In this document: positions 16,201 to 27,643 of the stretch, piece after piece
Layout of the letters: each line of letters opens with the position of its first letter
Numbering within the stretch: the stretch's first letter is position 1
Assembly: GCA_051362555.1 (NCBI GenBank)
Contig: CM120644.1
Location: 1,992,954-2,056,953 of the forward strand
Origin: Lingula anatina
Taxonomy: Eukaryota; Animalia; Brachiopoda
Direction: 5' to 3'
DNA length: 64,000 bases
Translations under genes and position numbers: made by a program
Notes under the pieces: model-generated
Databases searched by the model: none
What the model was told of the DNA's origin: nothing
Seen by the model: the letters and a program-made list of their open reading frames with translations, nothing else

Positions 16201-18750
16201 AAATCGAGGCTGGTGATTTCGTCTTGATAAAAAATGTCACTAAGAGCGAGGCTCAGGAACTCCAGAGAAATCACGGAGAATGGGCTAATGGAATGGAACG
16301 GGTAAACGACTTCGTGTTAGAAAAAATTAATATACGCGCGCGCGCGCGCGCGCGCGCGCGCGTGTGTGTGTTATTGTCAGATTATTCGTTATAATTTTCT
16401 TCAAACCACGAATCAAAATCGCATTATTGCGTGTGTCGCTGCGTGCCACAAGGTTTCTGGTTTGTTGTTTTGCGGAGGCCGATGTGAGTTATAGAACCAT
16501 GCCGTGTGTGGTTCACAGCATGTGGTGCTCATCCTTATCGAGATCATTGGTGTGGTTCCAGAAAAGTGTGTTGATGTCATCTTGCTCCGCTGGATAAAAT
16601 GTGGTTGCCTTGCCAGCCATCTGTTTGATTATTTCGTGAACTTTCAGAATCTGCCAGTTTATAGCTCTCCGTGAACATAACGTTTAACTGACTCTGTAAA
16701 CCAGCTAATAAATTTAGCAAATAATTTACAAATAAGCAATTATGTACTTTTGAATACATGTAGCAAGTCGATTTAGCACGGAATACTATCGTTATAATAT
16801 GCCCTATAGGCATAACTGTTGTTTTTTTCTCCGTGTAATAATGTGATACTAAAACAACGCCAAGTTATAAGCAATTATAGCAGTATGTCTTATTTTGTAA
16901 ATATTAGCGGACCGAGTTTTCTAACACGCCACCGTGCATGTTCAATAGAAAGTTATTACATGTATCAGAGAAAATGGCGAATGGCGTGCAGCAATTATCT
17001 TTTGTGGCATAAATTGATTCTGCTTCCATCTTGGGATCATAATATAAATGTTAACCAAGCGCTAGCTACACGTAGAATGGTTAGTGCGATGCATCATCAA
17101 TGCAACCATAACTTTTCATATAATATTGTAAAATAGTGTTTTTATATGTCTCAGCCTTATGCTCTAATCACTCTGTTCCCTTCTATTATTCACAAACAAA
17201 TATCAATTCATATATTGCCATTGCCTAACATAATTTGCAGAACCTTTCATCAATCACCATCATCATATACGTGCCTATCTCCTGCTCGACTTTTTGTAAC
17301 ATATACATGTATATGGCACAGCGACCTTTTTTGTGGTTTTTGCATGAAAAGATCCAATCTTTAATATTTCATTAATAAACCTATTGTTAAACGCCCGACT
17401 GGTTGATTATTTCTCTATTATACACAAATACACAAGGAATCGTCCTGGAAGTTCAAGAATAACTTAATTTCAGTGGACTGATATCATTCCATCGTACCAT
17501 TTTAGCCGAGTCTGAGCGTGGTTTTCCCTGTTTGCATATCACGGCTAGGGATAGTGAAGACAGTTCATGCAGGGAGGTATTAAAACCTGATACTGTTTTA
17601 TTTCCAGTCTCTAGGACACACAGTCATAGTGAAGGCTGTTTATACACTATTAACACATACCTGTTGTATTTCCAGTCTCTAGGACACACAGGGATAGTGA
17701 AGGCCGTTCTGAAAGGAGACAGGGTCCGAGTGGAGGTGGCAAGACATGTGTGGATCTTCAACAAAAAACTCGTCAAGCTGGTCGCCAAATCAGGTAATTG
17801 AGGGGTGGAGTGGGAGTATAAAGGTGCTATGTTTAGGCTCATAGCCATGCAGTTGGGGTCTTTTTTTTTTCTAAAAAATTGAACAGTTTAACCCCCTCAA
17901 TAAACCCATATTCAGAAGTGGTATACAGATATGATCAAAATATCATTCAGGGTGGGCTTTCCAACCGAAAGGGTGGTTCTTCCGGCTTCTTTCGACCCCC
18001 TCTCCTGACTCCTGGCTCCTGGTTTTGTTGAACTGTGACATACATGTATGTGTTTATACTCTACATCGTATGTCAGTAACTATTTTTGAAAAAAAAATGT
18101 GATCATTAAATATCCTTTAGCTTTCTCGATTTGGACAATATAGATAAATATAATAAAAATTTCACATTTTCTGTTCAATTTTTGTATGTCTCGTCAGTGG
18201 GGGCATTGCTGTTTTTGTCATTTCTAATCATATTCATTGAAATTTGACGTTATTTCTAACTTTCACACCTAACTGATAATAGGATATGTGGGTGTTTAAG
18301 TATAAGATAACGAGAACATGTATGCTGTTGGATTGTCAGGTTACATTTTGATTGAATTATGTCAGAAGTGTAAATTTGGAAATGTGAATTCATTTGTCTA
18401 AGTCATATTCCGATAATTTTCAACTTAAGATTAGAATGCTTTCAAGCAAGCAAATACTTTTTTCTGATATTTTTTGCAAAGAAATGGCAATGCCATTTGA
18501 TGAGTTCACAGCACTCTCCTTGAATTATTGCCAAAACATTTTTCTTCTTATTAATGCTGCACATTTTTTTATGAAGCCCCAATGCGTGTACTTCAATGAT
18601 TAGAAGTAACCAACGATTGTCTGTCTGTAGAAGAAATGCTAGGGTGCAAATATAAAATAAATAATCATCTAAACTACAGTAGTTTGCTTTATATTTTTAA
18701 TTTCAGAGGAGATGTTGGTGGCCATTTTGAAAAGGAAATTTGGCATGTGA
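10242..18750 (+). CDS. Ser/Thr protein kinase (STK35/PDIK1L-like) fused to three Mind bomb REP/SH3-type repeats, paralog B (676 aa)
   Basis: 12 GT-AG exons in frame: 10242-10373, 10871-11181, 12090-12343, 12907-13119, 13429-13748, 13990-14091, 14705-14778, 15236-15467, 15710-15786, 16148-16301, 17676-17793, 18707-18750 (2031 nt). Motifs LGQGAFGVVYRG, VAAK, HRDLKPGN, KVTDFGLSK, GTPCFMAPE, DVFALG. Three repeats of (G)DxV..LQxxHGGW..M..LG..G.V....V.V....W.FNP. The last exon and the exon 5 boundaries are less certain. AATAAA signals near 19243-19316. Confidence 0.9.
12815..12883. repeat. (ATATT)n microsatellite
   Basis: Read directly from the sequence; intronic, just before exon 4 of kinase B. 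Confidence 0.95.
14344..14621. mobile_element. Palindromic MITE in an intron of kinase B
   Basis: Long inverted arms, e.g. CTAAATTGCTATCA..TGCTTAAATGTCTGTCACGCCTA versus TAGGCGTGACAGACATTTAAGCA..TGATAGCAATTTAG. Confidence 0.7.
16335..16370. repeat. (CG)14(TG)4 alternating tract
   Basis: Read directly from the sequence. Confidence 0.95.
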
Positions 18751-21184
18751 AGTGTTTCCGTGTGACTGTAGGTAAAAGACGGCAAGTCATTTGGAAGGCA
18801 GATTATATGAAGACGATGAAACATGTCGTCAAAACTGTAGTGAGTTTTAGTAGCGGAACTTTTTGTATTTTGCCCCATGACAAGCTGAATGCACCAGGAG
18901 CAGTATGCGTTAGATTTTAGTTCGGTATAATACCCAAGCGCGATGTGTGCCAAGAGGTATATCTTCTGAACATTTTTTTGATGTTATATTACTGATGTTT
19001 ATTTCCATCTTGACTCGGCATATTAAAAAGACTAACATGAAAGATAATAAAAGTTTTGTTTTGCTAAGTTGGTGGCGTATTAATTTTTTTCAATGTAATC
19101 ATTTGTATTCCTCGCTATTGTTAAAAGAAATGATCTATCTAACCATCTATCTCGTCAAAAGGAAATATTCACATTTATGAAGATAATTATCAAAAGATGT
19201 TTACTATAACGGTGATGCTTTCCCCGAGCACATGAACTGCTTAATAAATGGAACAAATTCACGCAAAAATGTGTAAATGTGTACATTGTGCATGCATAAA
19301 GAATAAATATAATAAAAAGTATGTTGCCTTTGGTAATAAATATTGCACCGTTGTGATTTGGTGTTTGCATCCATGCAGTGTTTTTATTTATGTTAAGTTG
19401 GTCCCTGTTATACTACAAGTATTTAAAAAGAGAATTCTTTGGAATATCTATTTATGGTAATTATAGGACATATAGTTTACAATACATAAATATATCTACC
19501 AGGTGACATGTAAGTAGAGTCTTCTGATGCGGGAGGTGTACAGGCTCATACAGTGTTTATTGAAAAAAAAAAAAAAAAAAAAAAAACCCAAGGTAGGTTC
19601 CTAGCTCTTCTCCAGATCATGTCCCTTTCAGATTAAATACAAGAAGTGTGAGCGCACCGCTGAACTCCTATTTATAAATGATAGTGTTTGACAGTTGCAG
19701 CTAATTTGAATATAACGTTGTAGTATGTACCAGTAAGTGTGTGCTTCTCAAAGTATAATTTGATAGAAAGTGTACACGTAGATATCTTGCGGGAATGTAT
19801 GCACTTGTTCCATTACTGGTGCTCCATTAGAAATAGGGGTTATTTTCCAAATAAACATAATTTATAATTTTTCTATTGTTTTCTTCGTGCTAGATTATTT
19901 AATTTTGAGATGTTTTCAAAGCAGCAAGTGGGACTTTTTTAAATCTCGCTGCAGGGAGCTTCTTTCCAATTCGAACTGACAAAATTGAATTTACAGTGGC
20001 CCACAAGTGCACTCCAAATTCTAAACGACACTCCCAATTCTAAACCTCACTCCGAATATTTAAACTTCACTCTCAATTCTTAAACCTCACTCCGAATATT
20101 TAAACTTCACTCTCAATTCTTAAACCTCACTCCGAATATTTAAACTTCACTCTCAATTCTTAAACCTCACTCCGAATTCGTAAACCCCACTCCGAATTCG
20201 CAAACCTCACTCCGAATTCGTAAACCCCACTCCGAATTCGTAAACCTCACTCCGAATTGAAAAAGCTCACTCCGAATTCGTAAACCCCACTCGAATTCGT
20301 AAACCCCACTCCGAATTGAAAAAGCTCACTCCGAATTCGTTAACCTCACTCCGAATTCATATTTTAACCCTGTTCACTGCCGTATAAAGTCGGAAGTAAT
20401 ATTCTAAGATGGGCTAGGGGATTTTGCCAATAGAGGGCTTCGTGTGAAAACTAGTTATTTTTCATACTACTTGGTGCGCTGTATTCCCATTCACAAAATG
20501 ATGACGTAGACGTATGACCCTTTTAAGCTCAAGGAAATAGAAGAAATGAAGAAAATAGGGATAAACATACATGTACTTAACAGCAAGTCACAATTAAAAT
20601 ATATTATGTTTACGTGTTTTCTTGTGTGTGTCGTTTTAAGGAATTATACATGTATTATGAATATGAGAACAGAATTACGAGTTGAAACAGCGTTGCGGAA
20701 GGAACAGATTTATGCACTACATGTACATGTATGTAAATAAACGTGCGTTATTTATTATTTACAACTTCAAGCATTTTCACATGATTATTTTGAAATGAAT
20801 GTTTAATACAGATAACATGTTTCAGGGTGTCGACATTGGCTTATATTATTTATAAATGGGCAAAACAATCCGTATTATCATATACTGTAGGCCTACACAT
20901 GTACCTGTTATATAACCGAGTATACTTGATAATAGTAAATGAGCAAAAAGGTTCATTAGCTTGGTTGTTGGATAAATATGAAAATTCTCAGACACAAGCC
21001 TAAAATTTTCCGTACCGTTAGCTTACGGCCAACCTGGTCGAAGGCCTTCATCAGACTGACGTGAGTAGTTGTTCACACTCACTGACCGCTAGATGGTATA
21101 GCGGCCAGGACCCTCTTATGACATTTATAAGAGGGTCCTGGCCGCTATACCATCTAGCGGTCAGTGAGTGTGAACAACTACTCA

Positions 21185-21235
21185 CGTCAGTCTGATGAAG
21201 GCCTTCGACCAGGTTGGCCGTAAGCTAACGGTACG
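21185..21235 (+). ncRNA. Minimal hammerhead-ribozyme-like motif in the Penelope pLTR, variant core; further copies at 23716-23766 (+) and about 21011-21061 (-)
   Basis: CTGATGA (21192-21198), stem II GGCC...GGCC, GTAA in place of GAAA, short palindromic AGCT stem III, then TA. Minimal hammerheads in PLE pLTRs are established knowledge. Confidence 0.6.
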
Positions 21236-21289
21236 GAAAATTTTAGGCTTGTGTCTGAGAATTTTCATATTTATCCAACAACCAAGCTA

Positions 21290-23698
21290 ATGAACCTTTT
21301 TGCTCATTTACGAGAAAATCATGGACAGTCTGAAGTCCAACATTTACGGACCCTTGAGAAAAATCATAAATGTCTGGCGAGATATAAGAACCATCTATGT
21401 TTTTCGCTACGCTGTCGAGACGAAGGGATCACTCCACCCAGTTTGAAACTAAAAAGTTCGCTGAAAACACAGAATGCGATCAAAATCTTGAAGAAAGCAC
21501 AGAAGGACCTACTGAGGGAAAGAATCCGTATTTGTAATGACAAAATCACGACTCTAAGGACAGAGATAGAGAAACATACGGAACATTTTAGAGAACTGTT
21601 GACAGCTGATCAGTACTCATCAGTAGAGGACTTCTGTAAACGGAAATACGAGGCTGCGCATGCGCTTACCAAAGACCGCCATCTTAAAAAGTTTTCAAAC
21701 ATGACAGTGAAGAACAGGACTACGTCGGTGGATTTAAGTGGTTCCCAACTCAAGAAATGGGTAATCAACCGATCGGACCGCATGTTAACTGACACTGAGA
21801 CACGTCTCTTAGCCAAAGGGTTAAATTTTGCCGTAGCTCCGAAGATTCTCCCCGTAGAAGACATCATCGTGCAGACGGAGCTAGCATGTAGAAATCTTGA
21901 CAACACCGAGGCAGCAGATATGCGTGCGGAGATCGTAGGGGCGATCAAGTCATCAAAACCCCCGACAGATAACATCAGCAGAGAAGAACGGAGAGCACTT
22001 CTAGACCTAAAGAAGGACAAGTCCATTATGATCTTGGCCGCTGATAAAGGACGAGCAACAGTGGTTCTAAATAGGACAGACTATGAACACAAGATACAAC
22101 AATTGCTGAATGATGACAACACCTATGAGAAACTAAAGCGTGATCCAACTGCAGCTTATAAACGTAAGTTAACTAAGTGTTTACTACGGCTACAGAAAGA
22201 AGGGAAGCTATCTAGGTCTCAATATGCTCAACTATACCCTACTGCGGAAACACCACCTAAGCTGTACGGTCTTCCTAAGATTCATAAAGAGGGTACACCC
22301 TTAAGGCCTATAGTGTCAAGTATTGGATCTATCACCTACCAGACAGCAAAGTTCCTAGCCAAAATCTTAAACCCACTAGTAGGTAAATCATGCCATCATG
22401 TATTGAACTCGAAGGACTTTGTTGATAAAGTGAAGGATATCATTCTGGGACCACATGAAGCACTAGTTTCATATGATGTGAGTGCACTTTTTACTAGTGT
22501 ACCGGTGGATGATGCTCTTAAAGTGATTAGTTCCAGACTTACGCTAGATCCCACCCTCAATGGACGTACTAATCTATCAGTAGAGGACATCACAGAGCTA
22601 TTAGACATTGTATTGAACACCACATATTTTATCTATAAGGGTGAATTCCATAAACAGAAACATGGAGCAGCCATGGGCAGTCCAATCAGTCCGATCGTGG
22701 CTAATCTGTATATGGAGAACTTTGAGGAAGCCGCACTGGGATCCATGCCCAATCCTCCACGTCTTTGGTTGAGATATGTAGACGACACGTTCACCATCTG
22801 CCACAGAGACCACATAACTGCTATCACCGATTTTATCAACAGCCAAGACCGTAACATCAAGTTCACTAGAGAGCTAGAGGATAACAATTCTATTGCTTTC
22901 CTGGATTCATTGATCACACGTGAAAACGACGGCCACCTGAGTCTGAAAGTCTACAGGAAGGCCACTCATACCAACCAATACCTAAACTTCCAGTTGCACC
23001 ACCCATTACATCAGAAACTGGGGGTAGTAAGAACTCTAAAACACAGGTGCAACACGATCGTGACTAATGAGGAAGACAAGACCTTGGAGAACAAGACACT
23101 AGATGAGGCTCTCTTGATGTGTGGTTACCCACCTTGGGCTCTAAAGACCAAACTTCGCCAGGATAAGACAGCAGTAACTAACTGTGAGCCAACAGATACA
23201 GTCGGAAAAAAACAGCTAGTGATCCTCCCTTATTGTAAAGGAATTTCAGAGAAAGTGTGCAGGATCTACAAGAAGCACAGTGTCAACACAGCTTTTAGAC
23301 CTCAGTGCACATTGAAACAACACCTAGTGGCACCAAAGGACAAAACCCCCCAAGATCACCGTTGTGGGACAATATACAGGATCAATTGCCATGACTGTAA
23401 TTCCTTTTACATTGGTGAGACAGGTAGACAGTTGAAGATCAGGGTGAGTGAACACAAGAAATCAGTGACTGTAGGCAATACCAGCTCTGCCATTTCTGAA
23501 CATGTAATAGACACCGGCCACAGTATAGATTGGAATTCAACTAAGATTCTTGAATCTGAATCATCCGACATCCCGCGAAAAATACGAGAGGCTATCCACA
23601 TCAGCCGACACCAGCCACCCATGAATAGGGACGGGGGGGTTGATCTACCTGACATTTATAAGAGGGTCCTGGCCGCTATACCATCTAGCGGTCAGTGA
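21290..23698 (+). CDS. Penelope-like reverse transcriptase with GIY-YIG endonuclease
   Basis: Open frame (ORF track 21251-23698; first ATG at 21290). Motifs ADKGRATV, LYGLPKIHK, PLRPIVS, SYDVSALFTSVP, GAAMGSPISP, RYVDD, FLD, VYRKATHT; endonuclease GTIYRINCHDCNSFYIGETGR..RVSEH. Confidence 0.95.
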   Translation: MNLFAHLRENHGQSEVQHLRTLEKNHKCLARYKNHLCFSLRCRDEGITPPSLKLKSSLKTQNAIKILKKAQKDLLRERIRICNDKITTLRTEIEKHTEHFRELLTADQYSSVEDFCKRKYEAAHALTKDRHLKKFSNMTVKNRTTSVDLSGSQLKKWVINRSDRMLTDTETRLLAKGLNFAVAPKILPVEDIIVQTELACRNLDNTEAADMRAEIVGAIKSSKPPTDNISREERRALLDLKKDKSIMILAADKGRATVVLNRTDYEHKIQQLLNDDNTYEKLKRDPTAAYKRKLTKCLLRLQKEGKLSRSQYAQLYPTAETPPKLYGLPKIHKEGTPLRPIVSSIGSITYQTAKFLAKILNPLVGKSCHHVLNSKDFVDKVKDIILGPHEALVSYDVSALFTSVPVDDALKVISSRLTLDPTLNGRTNLSVEDITELLDIVLNTTYFIYKGEFHKQKHGAAMGSPISPIVANLYMENFEEAALGSMPNPPRLWLRYVDDTFTICHRDHITAITDFINSQDRNIKFTRELEDNNSIAFLDSLITRENDGHLSLKVYRKATHTNQYLNFQLHHPLHQKLGVVRTLKHRCNTIVTNEEDKTLENKTLDEALLMCGYPPWALKTKLRQDKTAVTNCEPTDTVGKKQLVILPYCKGISEKVCRIYKKHSVNTAFRPQCTLKQHLVAPKDKTPQDHRCGTIYRINCHDCNSFYIGETGRQLKIRVSEHKKSVTVGNTSSAISEHVIDTGHSIDWNSTKILESESSDIPRKIREAIHISRHQPPMNRDGGVDLPDIYKRVLAAIPSSGQ

Positions 23699-23934
23699 GT
23701 GTGAACAACTACTCACGTCAGTCTGATGAAGGCCTTCGACCAGGTTGGCCGTAAGCTAACGGTACGGAAAATTTTAGGCTTGTGTCTGAGAATTTTCATA
23801 TTTATTGATAATAGTAATTAGTAGCCCCTCACTCTTTTGCAGCTGAAATATTCATCTAAGATCATAGATAATCTAATAATTGAAATTAATCAGATTAATT
23901 ACACTTTATTAATCGATTTCGAATGAATAACATG

Positions 23935-24121
23935 CAGTGGTGGATGGGGGGGGGGGGAGGCGTGTGAGGGGGGTCTTGACCCCCCTTTTGAATTCTGTAA
24001 AAAAAATCACACCAATGTTAAAATTAGAATTTTGAATAATAGTTCTAAAACGTACCAAATAGCACTGTTCGCCCTATAAGGAGGGGGGGGGGGGGCAGCT
24101 CTTCATGAGCAGCCTGTCATT

Positions 24122-24172
<51 letters not shown>

Positions 24173-24207
24173 AGATCCCCCTTCAAATAATCCTGGATCC
24201 ACCCCTG
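23935..24207. mobile_element. hAT-like MITE with a 5-bp TSD, nested in the foldback-like element
   Basis: CAGTGGTGGAT / ATCCACCCCTG ends, ACATG on both flanks. Confidence 0.65.
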
Positions 24208-26475
24208 ACATGTATGGATTATTAGTAGTTTCAATCCTATGTTGAAAAAAATTGGGAGCAGTGTCACTTAATTTGTCCTTTTATTTATAATGGTAAACCT
24301 GTAAATTGCTTCTTGCCCCCAATTTGTGTCCCTGGCGAGAGAAAGTGTGTGTATGTGTGTGTGTGTGTAATTGTGAAAAATACTGAAAATAGCTGGAGAA
24401 GTCAATTGACCTTGTGACGTAAACTGTTGGTTTATTTTCGTAAGGTATGTATCACGCAAACCAAAATGTAACACAATTCGCACTGTTTGCTAAAACTCTC
24501 TCGAACCTTTCACTGGAAGCGCCCAGCTAAAAAAAAATTATTTGTCCCAGACGAATTACTGTTTCATAAGATTTCTCGAAGAGAACTTTGATGAGAATGG
24601 GCATAGTGGAATTGGGAGTGAGCTTTACGAAGAGAACTTTGATGAGAATTGGCATAGTGGAATTGGGAGTGAGCTTTTTGAATTCGGAGTGAGGTTTACG
24701 AATTCGGAGTGAGGTTTGCGAATTCGGAGTGAGCTTTTTCAATTCGGAGTGAGGTTTACGAATTCGGAGTGAGGTTTGCGAGTTCGGAGTGAGCTTTTTC
24801 AATTTGGAGTGAGGTTTGCGAATTCGGAGTGGGGTTTACGAATTCGAAGTGAGGTTTACGAATTCGGAGTGAGGTTTAAGAATTGAGAGTGAGGTTTACG
24901 AATTCGGAGTGAGGTTTAAGAATTGAGAGTGAAGTTTAAGTATTCGGTGTGAGGTTTAGAATTGGGAGTGTCGTTTGGAATTTGGAGTGCACTTGTGGGC
25001 CACCGCACACCAGCAATTAATACCCCAAGGATTGTAACAAGATCTGGTCGTGTGGTGAAACCGCCAGACAGATTAAATTTATAACTTGTGTTTTGTGAAC
25101 GATTCAGTATTAATTTAATACTACATATGGATTTTCATGTTGACTTGCTTTAAAGCAGTTTTAAGTTATAATGCAAAGACTCAGCCAAAGACTTTTCTTT
25201 AATTTTCTTTTCTTTCATTTAAATGGACTGTTAAAGACATTCTCTGTGGAGCATGAAAAGACTTTAAGTTAAAGTGAACACTCACAAAGAACTGTGAACA
25301 CCAAAAACTGAATTTATTTTAATTTACATGCTTTTATATACTTTATTAATCTTAGTTTATTATAAAGAGGGAGATGTAACATTTTATTTGTCTTAAGCTA
25401 CCACCTCTTATTTTACAATGTTGTAAGCGACTTGAATAAAACACGTGTGTTCCAGCATGGCGGCTTACAGAGTTAGCACGTTTATGTTACACCCTGCATA
25501 GTTAGTTATTCCTCCGCATCATTACTCCCCTTTGGAATTTTTTTAATACCGACATTGTTATTCATCAATATCATGTTAAAGTAAGCCATAAATATTTTAT
25601 AAGTTTGCTAACGAGCCGGGAGCACGGTCTTCCCTTAATGGAGAAATGCATAGGGTATTTGATTGGATGTGTAAATTAAAGTTACTAGTACAATTGACCG
25701 CGGGTAAATCCTTAACGATGTTGCTTTTAAGCTTTGAAATCATCTCCACTTTGAATTTTACACAACCCTATGAACGAGCAATATTTTTGGTAAAAATTTA
25801 TCCTCATTTTGGACTCGAGGATTATCATCCAGTTTAGCAAATTTTGTTGACCTAAATGTAGATAAACAAGTGGGACGTATCATTTTCTGTAAACTTAGTT
25901 GCCTAAATTTCAGTTGAACCCGTCATATCGAAACTGCATCTATCAATTGAGACAGCATGAAAAGAAAGACAAATGTATTTTTGTAGATGATACATTAATT
26001 TTGTTCTTTATTAACAGGGATAACTGAAATGAATAAAAATAATAAGCATCTTATCATCCAAATCATTAAAATGCTTTTAATGACGAAGAAATGACAACCA
26101 AATCCACTTTGTTCCCTATAATCCTATTCCCAATGATCGATGATTTTTTTTGCTAGTAATCCCATACACTTCATCATATAAAACAAAACAAACGACTTCT
26201 TTAACGCTTTACTTTTTACTTCGAAACATCTAGCATAGCATCACTATATCTTGTGTGATACCAGAACGTATGTAACATGTATAATGATGACAATTACTAG
26301 TTTAATTGCTCTGAAAGTGCGCAAAAGATGCTCCTTTTTGAATACATAGTTTTAGCTTAGGATAAAACATACATGTACCTATCTTAGAGCTCATAATGTC
26401 AGAATTACTTGCCTCAATATGTATGCACAATCGAACATGTGTAAATCTAACGTCCTATTCCCGCTGATAATATAA

Positions 26476-27046
26476 GACCGCATTCTCAACGAATTGAGCC
26501 AGGCTTTACAAATCCTGAGAACTAAATATGGCGGACGTACATGAAAGAAAAACCGCCTAATCTTTTAATAGTCTCTCCGCCTCTCACACGCCTCTCCACT
26601 CGTCGTCCCTGCGGGGTACAGTAATTAAATCTCGGCTCCGTTCGCCATGGGGAAGCTACCTGAGAAATATTAAGTGCGCATGCTCATCAGTTAAACTCGT
26701 GGTGAAGAAAGCATGGCGGCAGAAGGCGATCGAAGGAAAAAAGCTCTTCTGTTCTATTATCTTTCAGAGACGAAAAAGGAATGAATTGGCCCGTAGAGCA
26801 GCAATGAATCGACAATCTACGGAGATAATATTACCAGAGATATTCACGGAGATATTCACCGAGTTACCCAGCCCCAGTAGACGGAGTCGAGATTTACTTA
26901 CTGTACCCCGCAGGGACGACGTGTGGGGAGGCGTGTGAGAGGCGGAGAGACTATTAAATGATTAGGCGGGTTTTCTTTCATGTACGTCCGCCATTTTTAG
27001 TTCTCAGGATTTGTAAAGCCTGGCTCAATTCGTTGAGAATGCGGCC
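26476..27046. mobile_element. PIF/Harbinger-type MITE with TIRs of about 165 bp
   Basis: GACCGCATTCTCAACGAATTGAGCCAGGC... / ...GCCTGGCTCAATTCGTTGAGAATGCGGCC, with TAA duplicated on both flanks. Confidence 0.88.
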
Positions 27047-27475
27047 TAAGACATACATGTATTTAAATAAGTCGTTGTACACAATGTGTATGAAATAAGA
27101 AAAATGTGACCATGCACTTTCCAAATAATACATCTGGTTGTTGTACGACTGATAACATGGGCATTACAGTTTACAAGTCGATGATCTGTGACAATGTGCT
27201 ATTTTTACTACTACATCACGTTCATTACGTTCAGTCGATAAAATAACATACTATACAAACTCGTTATATAGTCCGGCCAAAGTCAGATGAAGATGCTATA
27301 GTACTACACACAAACACATTCAAGATGTATTACATGCAGTATACATCTTATCTTCAATAATTTAGCTAGTCGTTATACGACTCACAAATAATAATGTGCC
27401 ACAGGATAAGTTATATCCTACTTGGCCGTATTTCACCTCATCATATAACTCATATCTCTATAACTTGTTATATTG

Positions 27476-27643
27476 CAGGGGCGGATTCAGAGATATTTTC
27501 TGACTGTCTTCCAAATTATCTTTGTTGATCCATTGTTCATTTTTGACCATCTTCCGACAGAAAAAATTAGATACTCGTCTATGTAAACTTGAAAATCTGA
27601 CCGTCTTCAGGAAGACCCAGAAGACGGTCTAAATCCGCCCCTG
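27476..27643. mobile_element. hAT-like MITE with a 5-bp TSD
   Basis: CAGGGGCGGATTCAG / CTAAATCCGCCCCTG, flanked by TATTG on both sides. Confidence 0.75.

Larger units (their letters stand above)
20935..23805 (+). mobile_element. Full-length Penelope-like retroelement (Penelope/Poseidon type) with direct pLTRs and an inverted 5' pLTR
   Basis: Direct repeats about 21119-21274 and 23650-23805 look identical. Inverted arm 20935-21119 mirrors 21127-21311. Flanking duplication TTGATAATA(GTAA) at 20926-20938 and 23805-23817. Intact RT + GIY-YIG ORF. Confidence 0.95.
19992..25007. mobile_element. Non-autonomous foldback-like DNA element with long TIRs made of 21-bp tandem repeats; hosts the Penelope insertion
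   Basis: Left end TACAGTGGCCCACAAGTGCACTCCAAATTC followed by (TAAACCTCACTCCGAATTCG-like)n at about 20020-20358. The reverse-complement array lies at about 24590-24990 and ends GTGCACTTGTGGGCCACCGCA. No clean TSD seen. Confidence 0.8.

Noticed and set aside
13990-17793. Calling the repeat exons a separate mind bomb (mib) gene
   Set aside because: No ZZ, ankyrin or RING exons seen; the exons are in frame with the kinase in both paralogs.
20020-20358. Regular short repeats resembling a CRISPR array (also 24590-24990, 28776-29521, 42135-42245)
   Set aside because: No unique spacers, no cas genes and a eukaryotic context; these are tandem repeats.
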